Source: Candidatus Kapaibacterium sp. | GTDB taxonomy: Bacteria > Patescibacteriota > Patescibacteriia > UBA9934 | Assembly: GCA_044350705.1 (NCBI GenBank) | Contig: JBILHA010000001.1 | Location: 49,809-113,808 of the forward strand | Direction of reading: 5' to 3' | Length of the DNA: 64,000 nt | In this document: positions 9,841 through 17,965 of the stretch, in pieces | Position numbering within the stretch: position 1 is the first letter of the stretch | Layout: each line of letters opens with the position of its first letter | Notes under the pieces: generated by a model | Told to the model about the DNA's origin: nothing | Databases searched by the model: none | What the model saw: only the letters and a program-made list of their open reading frames with translations | Translations under genes and position numbers: made by a program

Positions 9841-10308
9841 ATGGCGGATATTCAACGTACTTTGGTTCTTGTAAAGCCAGATGCAGTACAGCGTGAGCTT
9901 GTTGGGGAAATTGTAGGTCGCTTTGAGCGCAAAGGTTTGAAGATGGTGGGCATGAAGCTTACGCATCTTGATGCCGCAACGCTTGAAGAGCATTACGGAC
10001 ATTTGAAGGAGAAGCCTTTCTTTCCTTCTCTCGTGCAGTTCATGATGCAAACTCCTGTTGTTGCAATGGTGCTTGAAGGACTCGATGTTATTGAAGCGGT
10101 TCGCAAAGTTGTTGGTGCGACAAATCCTCGCGTTGCAGATGCAGGAACGATTCGCGCGGATCTTTCCATGAACGTTCCTTCGAACATTATTCACGCATCT
10201 GATTCTCCTGAAGCGGCTGAAGTTGAAGTGAAGCGTTTCTTCAAGTCAGAAGAGCTCTTCTCTTACGAGAAACTTACGGATCGTTTCCACTTTGGAGAGG
10301 GCGTTTAA
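9841..10308 (+). CDS. ndk: Nucleoside diphosphate kinase
   Basis: RTLVLVKPDAV, GATNP, GTIRAD, NIIHASDS. Confidence 0.97.
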   Translation: MADIQRTLVLVKPDAVQRELVGEIVGRFERKGLKMVGMKLTHLDAATLEEHYGHLKEKPFFPSLVQFMMQTPVVAMVLEGLDVIEAVRKVVGATNPRVADAGTIRADLSMNVPSNIIHASDSPEAAEVEVKRFFKSEELFSYEKLTDRFHFGEGV

Positions 10309-10327
10309 GGTTTTCTGTGGAAAACTC

Positions 10328-10355
10328 TTGCCATGTGAAAAAAATGTGGTAGAGT
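10328..10355 (+). promoter_or_regulatory. Sigma70-type promoter driving leader/attenuator transcript
   Basis: TTGCCA (10328-33), 16 nt, TG-n-TAGAGT extended -10 (10350-55). Confidence 0.65.
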
Positions 10356-10367
10356 AAATATATCAGT

Positions 10368-10463
10368 ATGCAATTTGGCATGTATAAGTCATTCGCAGTC
10401 ACATTTACCTCACGCATTTGTGTGGTACTTTGTGATGTTCGGGTGGCTTTGCAGCATGCATAG
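10368..10463 (+). CDS. Putative 31-aa leader peptide MQFGMYKSFAVTFTSRICVVLCDVRVALQHA
   Basis: TATG start 12 nt after the -10 element; its last codons cover the antiterminator strand 10438-10450. Confidence 0.5.
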   Translation: MQFGMYKSFAVTFTSRICVVLCDVRVALQHA

Positions 10464-10536
10464 CATTTTCTTGAAAGAGAATTTGTTACAACAGGTTGAA
10501 AAAAGCCACCCGGAGCAATTCGGGTGGCTTTTCTTG
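10438..10536 (+). promoter_or_regulatory. Attenuator: mutually exclusive antiterminator and intrinsic terminator
   Basis: Terminator AAAAGCCACCCGGA-gcaa-TTCGGGTGGCTTTT (10501-10532); identical 13-mer TTCGGGTGGCTTT upstream at 10438-10450 can sequester the 5' arm. Confidence 0.7.
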
Positions 10537-10645
10537 TGTGGTCTTGTGCGGTGAGGTTCGTGAGACTCTCATGAATCTTCCGCGCAAGGGCACTCGATGT
10601 ACCTGCGCAACCTGCCATCAACCTTGAGACGAGAGGGATCCCTCC

Positions 10646-10867
10646 ATGAGCACTCGTTCCTCCGATGACACGACCGTCACCTCCTTCGTTCCCGCGACTG
10701 TTCCTGTTGCGACCGCCTCCTCGACGTTCATGTCTCCGCGCAACGAGCGCCTTCCGGGTGACCGCACCCAGGCGCATCCGGTGACGCCGGATATCGATCA
10801 GATGGCGATGGCCAATCGTCAGATGGCGATGGTCGATCGTCTCCGGTTCTTCTGTGGTGTCGGCTGA
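10646..10867 (+). CDS. Orphan 73-aa protein downstream of attenuator
   Basis: Open frame with many C-ending codons, as in this window's ribosomal genes; followed by a terminator; no recognised family. Confidence 0.55.
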   Translation: MSTRSSDDTTVTSFVPATVPVATASSTFMSPRNERLPGDRTQAHPVTPDIDQMAMANRQMAMVDRLRFFCGVG

Positions 10868-10978
10868 GGTGTTCGGGGTGGGGCTTCTCAGAAAACAAGT
10901 GAGAGGCCGTTCAGGTCTCTCGTGCCAAGTGACTCTGTCGCCCTTCCCCCTTCGTGAGCCCTTGTGCTCGCTCACGTC

Positions 10979-11025
10979 CCCGCCACCTCGAGGCCTTGCC
11001 GCTTCGGTGGCGGGTCTTCATTTTT
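10979..11025 (+). terminator. Terminator closing the attenuated unit
   Basis: CCCGCCACC...GGTGGCGGG stem followed by tcttcattttt. Confidence 0.65.
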
Positions 11026-11860
11026 ATGCGGATTTGAATGTACCTGTTGTCATCCTTCGATCTTTTGCTTTTCTCTTGAGGAGCTTGGTGACAATGAACC
11101 GTTCTGCCGAAGTTGCGTCGCGGGTTTTGAGAAAATGTACGAGTGCAGCGCCAAGTTCATTTTGGAATTCCTGGTTCTGTTCGGGGAAAAGCATCACCAT
11201 ACGCTCTGCGATGCGACGAGTGAGGAATTCGTCTTGAGGAGAGAGTTTTTCCGTGAGGTTCATGAGCATACGTTGCGCATGACGTTCTACGTTTTCTTCG
11301 ATCTTTGCAATGTTGCCGTACTGACGGTGTAGCTCTTCTCCGGTAAGTACAGGAATGCCTTCTATGCTTTTTTGAGATGTCCACGCTGTATCAGGGACGA
11401 TTTCGGTATCTGCCATGAGTTCGAAAGGAACCTCGTCATTTCCTATATGGAGACTTCCCTGGAGGATGAGCGCGCGTTGACCCACGCGTTTTGGCTCGCC
11501 AAAGGTGATATGTGCAGGGTTTACTTCTTGGAAATAGCGGAGAATTTTTTTGAGGTCATCATGCTTTTTTAGAGCAATATCAATGTCGTCGGGAATTTTA
11601 GGTAGAGGCTCGTGACGTTCGGTAGCATGGAGCGCGAGTGCCGTACTCCCGATTATTTTATAAGGAATCTGGAGTTCGCGTAAGAGAAGATCGATCATCC
11701 GCAATCCTTTTTCTAATGCGAGAAGCTTTTCATGATCTTTGTCCCGTATAAGTTCTTCCGTCGTTTCTTCAAGGGGAAATTCTTTATGATCATCACGATC
11801 ATGCGCATGTTCCCCTGGACGACGTTTCATTTCCGGCATGCTTCCTCGTAGTTCAGGCAT
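11024..11860 (-). CDS. Hypothetical protein, probable nucleotidyltransferase (Pol-beta superfamily) fold
   Basis: IIGSTALALH...PDDIDIAL gives the hG[GS]...DhDh signature; candidate third acid in VPFELM. Confidence 0.6.
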   Translation of the reverse strand: MPELRGSMPEMKRRPGEHAHDRDDHKEFPLEETTEELIRDKDHEKLLALEKGLRMIDLLLRELQIPYKIIGSTALALHATERHEPLPKIPDDIDIALKKHDDLKKILRYFQEVNPAHITFGEPKRVGQRALILQGSLHIGNDEVPFELMADTEIVPDTAWTSQKSIEGIPVLTGEELHRQYGNIAKIEENVERHAQRMLMNLTEKLSPQDEFLTRRIAERMVMLFPEQNQEFQNELGAALVHFLKTRDATSAERFIVTKLLKRKAKDRRMTTGTFKSA

Positions 11861-11905
11861 ATGTTCAAGAAAGAAAAAATATCTGTTAGTATTCTAGCAA
11901 AGAAT

Positions 11906-13204
11906 ATGCCATCTACACTTCGTATTACGGGCGGAAAAGCACTTTCAGGAGAGATTACGGTTGCAGGTGCAAAAAATGCTGCATCAAAAATGATTATTGC
12001 GACTCTTCTTACTCCTCATGAGGTAACCCTCACGAATGTTCCTTTGCAACAAGAGACGGATATTGCTTGCGAATTGGTAAAGACCTTAGGCGGAGCCATT
12101 TCTCTTGAAGATCATACCCTTCGTCTTTGTGTGGAAGAGATTGCTTCTACCTCTGCGATGCAGCTATCAAGAAAAAATCGTTTGGCTATTTTAGCGCTCG
12201 CTCCACTTCTTCACCGAAAAGGCGAAGCTTTTGTCCCTACATTAGGGGGGGACAAGATTGGTCCTCGTCCTGTGAATTTTCATTTAGATGCTTTAGAGAA
12301 AATGGGGGCAAAGATTGAGGCGGATGCTGATGGCTATCGCGCAACCGCACCTGGAGGACTTAAGGGGACGGTTATTGAACTCCCGTATCCTTCTGTGGGA
12401 GCGACGGAGACGGTGCTTTTTGCGGGGGTTCTTGCAAAAGGTCGCACTGTTCTTCGGAATGCTGCTATTGAGCCTGAGATCGTAGACCTCATCATGATGC
12501 TTCAAAAAATGGGAGCTATTATTGAGCTCCGTGCTGGACGCGAGATCATGATTATTGGCGTTAAGGAACTTCATGGTTGCGTGCACCGTGTATTGCCTGA
12601 TCGGCTTGAGGTTGCTTCTTTTGCGGCGCTTGCTTTAGGAACGAGGGGGGATATTTTTGTGCGCGGTGCGAAGCATCGCGATATGATCACTTTTTTAAAT
12701 GCGGTGCGTCAGTTGGGGGGAGAATATGAGGTTACGGGAGAGGGCATTCGTTTTATAGGCCGATCTTCCTATCGCGGCATGCAGGTAGAAACCGATACTG
12801 CTCCTGGATTTTCCACGGATTGGCAGCAGCCGTTTTGTGTTTTGCTTACTCAAGCAGAAGGAACTTCGGTTATGCATGAAACGGTGTATGAGGAGCGTTT
12901 TGGTTATACCGATGTTTTAAAGAAAATGGGTGCAGATATTACGCTTTTTGAAAATTGTTTAGGTGAGATCAGATGTCGTTTTCGAGATCATAACTATAAA
13001 CATGCGGCGATTATCAAAGGGCCAACGCCTCTTCATGCGACCGATATGGCTGTTCCTGATATTCGAGCTGGACTTGCATATGTTCTTGCGGCACTCATTG
13101 CTGAAGGAACTTCTACCTTAACGGGCGTGGAACATTTAGAGCGCGGATATGAAGATCTTTATGGGAAGCTTCGCAGTATTGGTGCGCAGATAGAGGTAAG
13201 CTAA
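11906..13204 (+). CDS. murA: UDP-N-acetylglucosamine 1-carboxyvinyltransferase (Cys-to-Asp active-site type)
   Basis: GAKNA, GGDKIGPRPVNFH, LPYPSVGATE, NAAIEPEI, PGFSTDWQ, DIRAG, ERGYE. Confidence 0.96.
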   Translation: MPSTLRITGGKALSGEITVAGAKNAASKMIIATLLTPHEVTLTNVPLQQETDIACELVKTLGGAISLEDHTLRLCVEEIASTSAMQLSRKNRLAILALAPLLHRKGEAFVPTLGGDKIGPRPVNFHLDALEKMGAKIEADADGYRATAPGGLKGTVIELPYPSVGATETVLFAGVLAKGRTVLRNAAIEPEIVDLIMMLQKMGAIIELRAGREIMIIGVKELHGCVHRVLPDRLEVASFAALALGTRGDIFVRGAKHRDMITFLNAVRQLGGEYEVTGEGIRFIGRSSYRGMQVETDTAPGFSTDWQQPFCVLLTQAEGTSVMHETVYEERFGYTDVLKKMGADITLFENCLGEIRCRFRDHNYKHAAIIKGPTPLHATDMAVPDIRAGLAYVLAALIAEGTSTLTGVEHLERGYEDLYGKLRSIGAQIEVS

Positions 13205-13264
13205 AGAATTGCCATCTTCAGGAAGGAAGCCCGGTTGACTAAAAGATCTTACCGCTGAATTTAT

Positions 13265-13945
13265 ATGTTTTTAAATCTCATTCTTGCTTCTCCGCTTATT
13301 GCCCTTGCGTACGCTACGGCTATCATTCTTTCTCTTACGGTGCATGAATTTGCTCATGCTGCAGTAGGGAAGTGGCGGGGTGATCGTACTGCAGAACATA
13401 TGGGGCGTCTTACCTTGAATCCTTTGGCTCATATGGATTTCCTGGGTACTCTTATGTTGTTTACCGTGGGTTTTGGATGGGCAAAGCCCGTTCCCTTTGA
13501 TCCTCGTCGTTTGCAAAATCCTTTGTTAGATGGCGTGGTTATTGCTCTTGCAGGTCCTGCTTCCAACCTTCTCTTAGCTGTTGCCGCAGGCATGGCTTTC
13601 CAATGGTTGTATATAGGGGGAATGCTTTCTTTTGAGAGTGTTTTGCCTGTATTTCTTGTGCTCCTTATTTTGGTAAATCTTATGCTCATGTTCTTTAATT
13701 TGCTTCCTATTCCTCCCTTGGATGGGTCTCATGTTATCGATGCGGTGCTTCATAAGGCTTCCTGGCATAAGGCTCGAGTACTTTTTGAGGCATATGGCTC
13801 CCAGCTTCTTCTTGCCTTGGTGATTATTTCGCTTTTGACTCCTCTGGATCCCTTTAGATTCATTACCGAACCTGCATTTTTTGCTTGCGATCTGCTCTCT
13901 GAGTCGTCGTGTTTGGGGGTTTTGGGAATGTATTTAAGCCCCTAA
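13265..13945 (+). CDS. Site-2 protease (M50) family protein
   Basis: [39 protein letters not shown]. Confidence 0.94.
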   Translation: MFLNLILASPLIALAYATAIILSLTVHEFAHAAVGKWRGDRTAEHMGRLTLNPLAHMDFLGTLMLFTVGFGWAKPVPFDPRRLQNPLLDGVVIALAGPASNLLLAVAAGMAFQWLYIGGMLSFESVLPVFLVLLILVNLMLMFFNLLPIPPLDGSHVIDAVLHKASWHKARVLFEAYGSQLLLALVIISLLTPLDPFRFITEPAFFACDLLSESSCLGVLGMYLSP

Positions 13946-13958
13946 TCCTTTGGTCCCA

Positions 13959-13988
13959 TTGACCAATATTTGGCTACCATGCTACTAT
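13959..13988 (+). promoter_or_regulatory. str operon promoter
   Basis: TTGACC-18-TACTAT with TG extension, 15 nt before the rpsL ATG. Confidence 0.65.
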
Positions 13989-14003
13989 TTTGGCACTTTT
14001 TGT

Positions 14004-14447
14004 ATGCCAACTATTAACCAGCTCATCCGTAAGGGTCGCAAGAGTGTAAAGGCGAAATCCAAGTCGCCTGCTATGCAGTACACGCTCGATTCCTTGCACC
14101 GTAAGCGCACCGAGCTTTCTAAAGGCGCTCCCTTTAAGCGTGGCGTTTGTGTAAAGGTCACTACCATGACCCCAAAGAAACCAAACTCTGCACTTCGTAA
14201 AATTGCCCGTGTTCGTCTTTCTAACGGCACGGAAGTTACTGCCTACATTCCTGGCGAAGGTCACGGATTGCAGGAGCACTCCATTGTGATGATTCGCGGA
14301 GGTCGTGTAAAAGACCTTCCGGGTGTTCGTTACCACATCGTTCGTGGTCGTTATGACGCAACGGGTGTTGAAGGCCGCAATCGTGGTCGTTCTCTTTACG
14401 GAACTAAGCGTCCAAAGGCAGGAAAAGCAGCTCCTAAGAAGAAATAG
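14004..14447 (+). CDS. rpsL: 30S ribosomal protein S12
   Basis: [29 protein letters not shown]. Confidence 0.99.
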   Translation: MPTINQLIRKGRKSVKAKSKSPAMQYTLDSLHRKRTELSKGAPFKRGVCVKVTTMTPKKPNSALRKIARVRLSNGTEVTAYIPGEGHGLQEHSIVMIRGGRVKDLPGVRYHIVRGRYDATGVEGRNRGRSLYGTKRPKAGKAAPKKK

Positions 14448-14596
14448 TTGTCAGAATTTGTTTCGACGGATGAGCGTTGCTCGTCCGTCTTCTACAGCTT
14501 CTGAAGCTGCTCATTTCTTAAGTCGTTGAGTACCGATTCCGCTCGGGAAGGATTGCAAGATATTCGTCTTGTGACACATCGACATTTTCTTTGTTT

Positions 14597-15064
14597 ATGC
14601 GTGGTAAGCGCGCTGGTTCGCGTGAGATTGCTCCCGACAATAAGTATGGGAGTGTTTTAGTTGCAAAGCTTATTAACTACGTCATGCGTGACGGTAAGAA
14701 GGCTACGGCAACGCGTGTGGTTTATGATGCCCTTGATATTATCGAGGCTGAGGCAAAGCGCGGTGCTGTAGAGGTTTTTGACGAGGCGCTTAAGAACGTT
14801 ATGCCTGCGGTTGAAGTGAAGTCGAAGCGTGTAGGTGGTGCAAACTACCAGGTTCCTATGCCCGTGCGCGGTGAGCGCAAATATGCACTTGCTTATCGCT
14901 GGCTTTTGCTTGCTGCACGAGGCAAGAAGGGTCGTCCTATGTGTGAAAAGCTTGCAGAAGAGCTCATGCTTGCTGCAAAGGGAGAAGGTGAAGCGGTGAA
15001 AAAACGTGCAGAAGTACAGCGTATGGCTGAAGCAAACCGCGCTTTCGCCCACTTTGCTCGCTAA
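14597..15064 (+). CDS. rpsG: 30S ribosomal protein S7
   Basis: RVGGANYQVP, MAEANRAFAHF. Confidence 0.99.
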   Translation: MRGKRAGSREIAPDNKYGSVLVAKLINYVMRDGKKATATRVVYDALDIIEAEAKRGAVEVFDEALKNVMPAVEVKSKRVGGANYQVPMPVRGERKYALAYRWLLLAARGKKGRPMCEKLAEELMLAAKGEGEAVKKRAEVQRMAEANRAFAHFAR

Positions 15065-15086
15065 TTTCGTCTAATCTTTTGCACAT

Positions 15087-17177
15087 ATGAATCGCGACTA
15101 TCCTTTGGAACGGGTGAGAAATATCGGTATTATCGCCCACATTGACGCAGGAAAGACCACTACTACTGAGCGTGTTCTTTTCTATACCGGAAAGAAGCAC
15201 AAAATTGGTGAAGTGCACGAAGGTGAAGCGACCATGGACTGGATGGAGCAGGAACAGGAGCGCGGTATTACTATCACCGCTGCTGCAACGACCTGTTTTT
15301 GGAAGGATCACCGCTTGAACATTATCGATACTCCTGGTCACGTAGACTTTACTGTTGAAGTCGAGCGTTCTCTTCGTGTGCTTGATGGTGGCGTTACCGT
15401 GTTCGATGGTGTTGCCGGCGTAGAGCCTCAGTCTGAAACTGTTTGGCATCAGGCGGATAAATATCGCGTGCCACGTATCTGCTACATCAACAAGCTTGAT
15501 CGTACCGGTGCAGATTTCTATAAGGACTTGGATTCTATTCACAAGCGCCTTACGCCAAATGCGCATCCTATCCAGTTGCCTATTGGTACTGAAGCGAATT
15601 TCGTAGGACTCGTTGATCTCTTTACTCGTCGCGCTTACATCTACAAAGATGACGCAGGTAAGGTTATCGAAGAGACGGATGTTCCGGCTGATTTGCAAGA
15701 AAAGGTTGAAAAGTATCGCGGTCAGTTGATTGAAGCAATCGTTGAACAAGATGAGAAGCTCATGGATCGTTACTTTGCAGGTGAAGAGATTGCTGTTTCC
15801 GAGCTGAAGGCGGCTCTTCGTAAGGGGGTTGTTGCCATGAAGATCTTCCCTGTACTTTGTGGATCCTCTCTTAAAAATAAGGGTGTACAGCAGATGCTCG
15901 ATGCCGTCGTAGAGTTCTTGCCTTCTCCTTTGGATCGTCCTGCGCTCGTAGGTACCGACCCGGATGATGCAGAAAAAGAAATTCCCGTGCCTTCTTCTGA
16001 TGCCGAGCCTTTTGCTGCATTGGCATTTAAGATCGCTGCAGATCCTTTCGTTGGCAAGCTTGCGTTCTTCCGTGTTTACTCGGGTACGCTTCAGGCAGGA
16101 TCTTATGTTCTTAATACCTCAACCGGTGAGAAAGAGCGTATCTCTCGTATCGTCCGTCTTCATGCGAATTCTCGTGAAGAAGTGGAGCAGGTGTTTGCAG
16201 GAGAAATTGCAGCTGCAGTAGGTTTGAAGGCAACGGCAACGGGTCATACTCTTTGTGCTCCCGAGCGTCCTGTACTTCTTGAAACCATTAACTTTGCAAA
16301 GCCTGTTATCTCTCAGGCGGTTGAGCCAAAGACAAAGGCTGACCAGGAAAAGATGGGCGTAGCACTTTCTCGACTCATGGAAGAAGATCCTACCTTCCGT
16401 GTACACACCGATACTGATACCAACCAGACGATTATTTCGGGTATGGGAGAACTCCACCTGGAAATCATGGTTGATCGTATGAAGCGTGAGTATGGTGTTG
16501 AGGTAACGGTAGGTAAGCCTCAGGTAAGCTACCGTGAAACCATCCGTGGTTCCGCAGAGGGTGAAGGTAAGTATGTGAAGCAGTCTGGAGGTCGCGGTCA
16601 ATACGGCCATGCCTGGATTCGTGTTGAGCCTAATACCGATGCTGAACACCCTGAGCAGTTCATGTTCCAGGAAGAGATTAAGGGTGGCGCTATTCCTCGT
16701 GAGTACATTCCTGCGATTGAAAAGGGTGCTCGTGAGGCGGTAGATCGTGGTGTGCTTGCAGGTTTCCCGCTCATTGGCGTGAAGGCTACGGTATACGATG
16801 GTTCTTACCACGATGTAGACTCGAATGAAGCGGCATTTAAGATGGCCGGCTCCATGGCAATTCAAGATGCTATCAAGAAAGCACAGCCTGTTCTTCTTGA
16901 ACCTATCATGAAGGTAGAGGTAGTCACTCCTGAAGAGTCTCTTGGTACGGTTGTGGGCGACCTCAACTCTAAGCGTGGTCAGATCCAGGAAATGGGTGAT
17001 CGTGGAAACGTCAAAACCGTTCGCGCTCTCGTTCCTCTTGCGGAGATGTTCGGTTACGCAACAAACCTCCGTTCTCTTACGCAGGGTCGCGCATCTTCCA
17101 CCATGGAATTTGCAGAGTACCAGGAAGTTCCTCGTAACGTTGCAGACACTATCATTAAGGAGCGTTCTGCTAAGTAA
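15087..17177 (+). CDS. fusA: Elongation factor G
   Basis: [42 protein letters not shown]. Confidence 0.99.
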   Translation: MNRDYPLERVRNIGIIAHIDAGKTTTTERVLFYTGKKHKIGEVHEGEATMDWMEQEQERGITITAAATTCFWKDHRLNIIDTPGHVDFTVEVERSLRVLDGGVTVFDGVAGVEPQSETVWHQADKYRVPRICYINKLDRTGADFYKDLDSIHKRLTPNAHPIQLPIGTEANFVGLVDLFTRRAYIYKDDAGKVIEETDVPADLQEKVEKYRGQLIEAIVEQDEKLMDRYFAGEEIAVSELKAALRKGVVAMKIFPVLCGSSLKNKGVQQMLDAVVEFLPSPLDRPALVGTDPDDAEKEIPVPSSDAEPFAALAFKIAADPFVGKLAFFRVYSGTLQAGSYVLNTSTGEKERISRIVRLHANSREEVEQVFAGEIAAAVGLKATATGHTLCAPERPVLLETINFAKPVISQAVEPKTKADQEKMGVALSRLMEEDPTFRVHTDTDTNQTIISGMGELHLEIMVDRMKREYGVEVTVGKPQVSYRETIRGSAEGEGKYVKQSGGRGQYGHAWIRVEPNTDAEHPEQFMFQEEIKGGAIPREYIPAIEKGAREAVDRGVLAGFPLIGVKATVYDGSYHDVDSNEAAFKMAGSMAIQDAIKKAQPVLLEPIMKVEVVTPEESLGTVVGDLNSKRGQIQEMGDRGNVKTVRALVPLAEMFGYATNLRSLTQGRASSTMEFAEYQEVPRNVADTIIKERSAK

Positions 17178-17198
17178 CTTTTAGCCTCTTTACGTGAT

Positions 17199-17237
17199 AA
17201 AAAGAAAATAGACCCACAAGGGTCTGTTTTCTTTTTT
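17199..17237 (+). terminator. Intrinsic terminator after fusA
   Basis: AAAAGAAAATAGACCC-acaa-GGGTCTGTTTTCTTTT. Confidence 0.8.
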
Positions 17238-17264
17238 GTATTGCATCCGTACCATACGGGGCAT

Positions 17265-17855
17265 ATGGATTCTGGAGGCCAATTTGAGCGACTCATTCGT
17301 TTAGTACAAGATACCGGCGAGCGCGTAGTAGTTTCCTTAGGATTAGGAAAGGATCCGGTGGTGCTTCTTCCGCTTTCTACCTACGAAAAGCTTGTACAAG
17401 ACAAGGAAAAGGGAGAAAAGAGGGAGGAACGTGCCTTCGTTGCTCCTGTGTCTCAGCCGTCTGCACCTTCTTCCTCTCCCCCCTCTTTTTCGCTTCCCCC
17501 TCTTTCTCAGCATCTTTCGGCGGGTCCTCGAACCTCATATCGTGCTCCTGATCTTTCCCCAGAAGACTTTTCTCATGAACCTGCTGACGTATGGGATGGA
17601 GAAGGGGGAGGGGATTATGACGCAGAGCGTATTTTTGCTTCTGCAGCTGTTCAGAATGGTTTTAAGCCTCCTTCTTCCTCTTCAGAGGCGGTTCACCCCA
17701 CTCCAAATCGACTTCAGGCATCTATTTCTCGTGCATCTGCAGCGTATGGAAGGCTTCAACAAGAAGGGTGGCGCGTGGGAAATGGGGGGCAGAGATTGCC
17801 TATTCAGGGTGGCGCACTGAAGGATGAGGAGCGTTTCTCGCTTGGCATGGGATAG
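17265..17855 (+). CDS. Hypothetical protein; Phd/YefM-like N-terminus with long Ser/Pro-rich disordered tail
   Basis: FERLIRLVQDTGERVVV...PVVLLPLSTYEKL resembles the Phd fold pattern; TATG start. Confidence 0.65.
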   Translation: MDSGGQFERLIRLVQDTGERVVVSLGLGKDPVVLLPLSTYEKLVQDKEKGEKREERAFVAPVSQPSAPSSSPPSFSLPPLSQHLSAGPRTSYRAPDLSPEDFSHEPADVWDGEGGGDYDAERIFASAAVQNGFKPPSSSSEAVHPTPNRLQASISRASAAYGRLQQEGWRVGNGGQRLPIQGGALKDEERFSLGMG

Positions 17856-17860
17856 GTTTC

Positions 17861-17889
17861 TTGCACTTTTTTTTGACTTCTGTTACAAT
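17861..17889 (+). promoter_or_regulatory. tuf promoter
   Basis: TTGCAC-17-TACAAT with TG extension. Confidence 0.75.
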
Positions 17890-17965
17890 TTTGCGGCAAT
17901 TATTTTTAACTTTCCTTTGTCATTCTTTTGCTCTTTGAGTGACAAAGGGTGTCAAATTTCGTCTT

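Noticed and set aside
10571-10627. 18-aa mini-ORF MNLPRKGTRCTCATCHQP with a CxxCH motif
   Set aside because: Start codon is buried in the long hairpin, lacks the TATG context and has no export signal; likely chance
10274-10975. 233-aa minus-strand ORF over the attenuator region
   Set aside because: Overlaps the ndk end and has low-complexity Arg-rich composition; promoter, terminator and G-U pairs all point to the + strand
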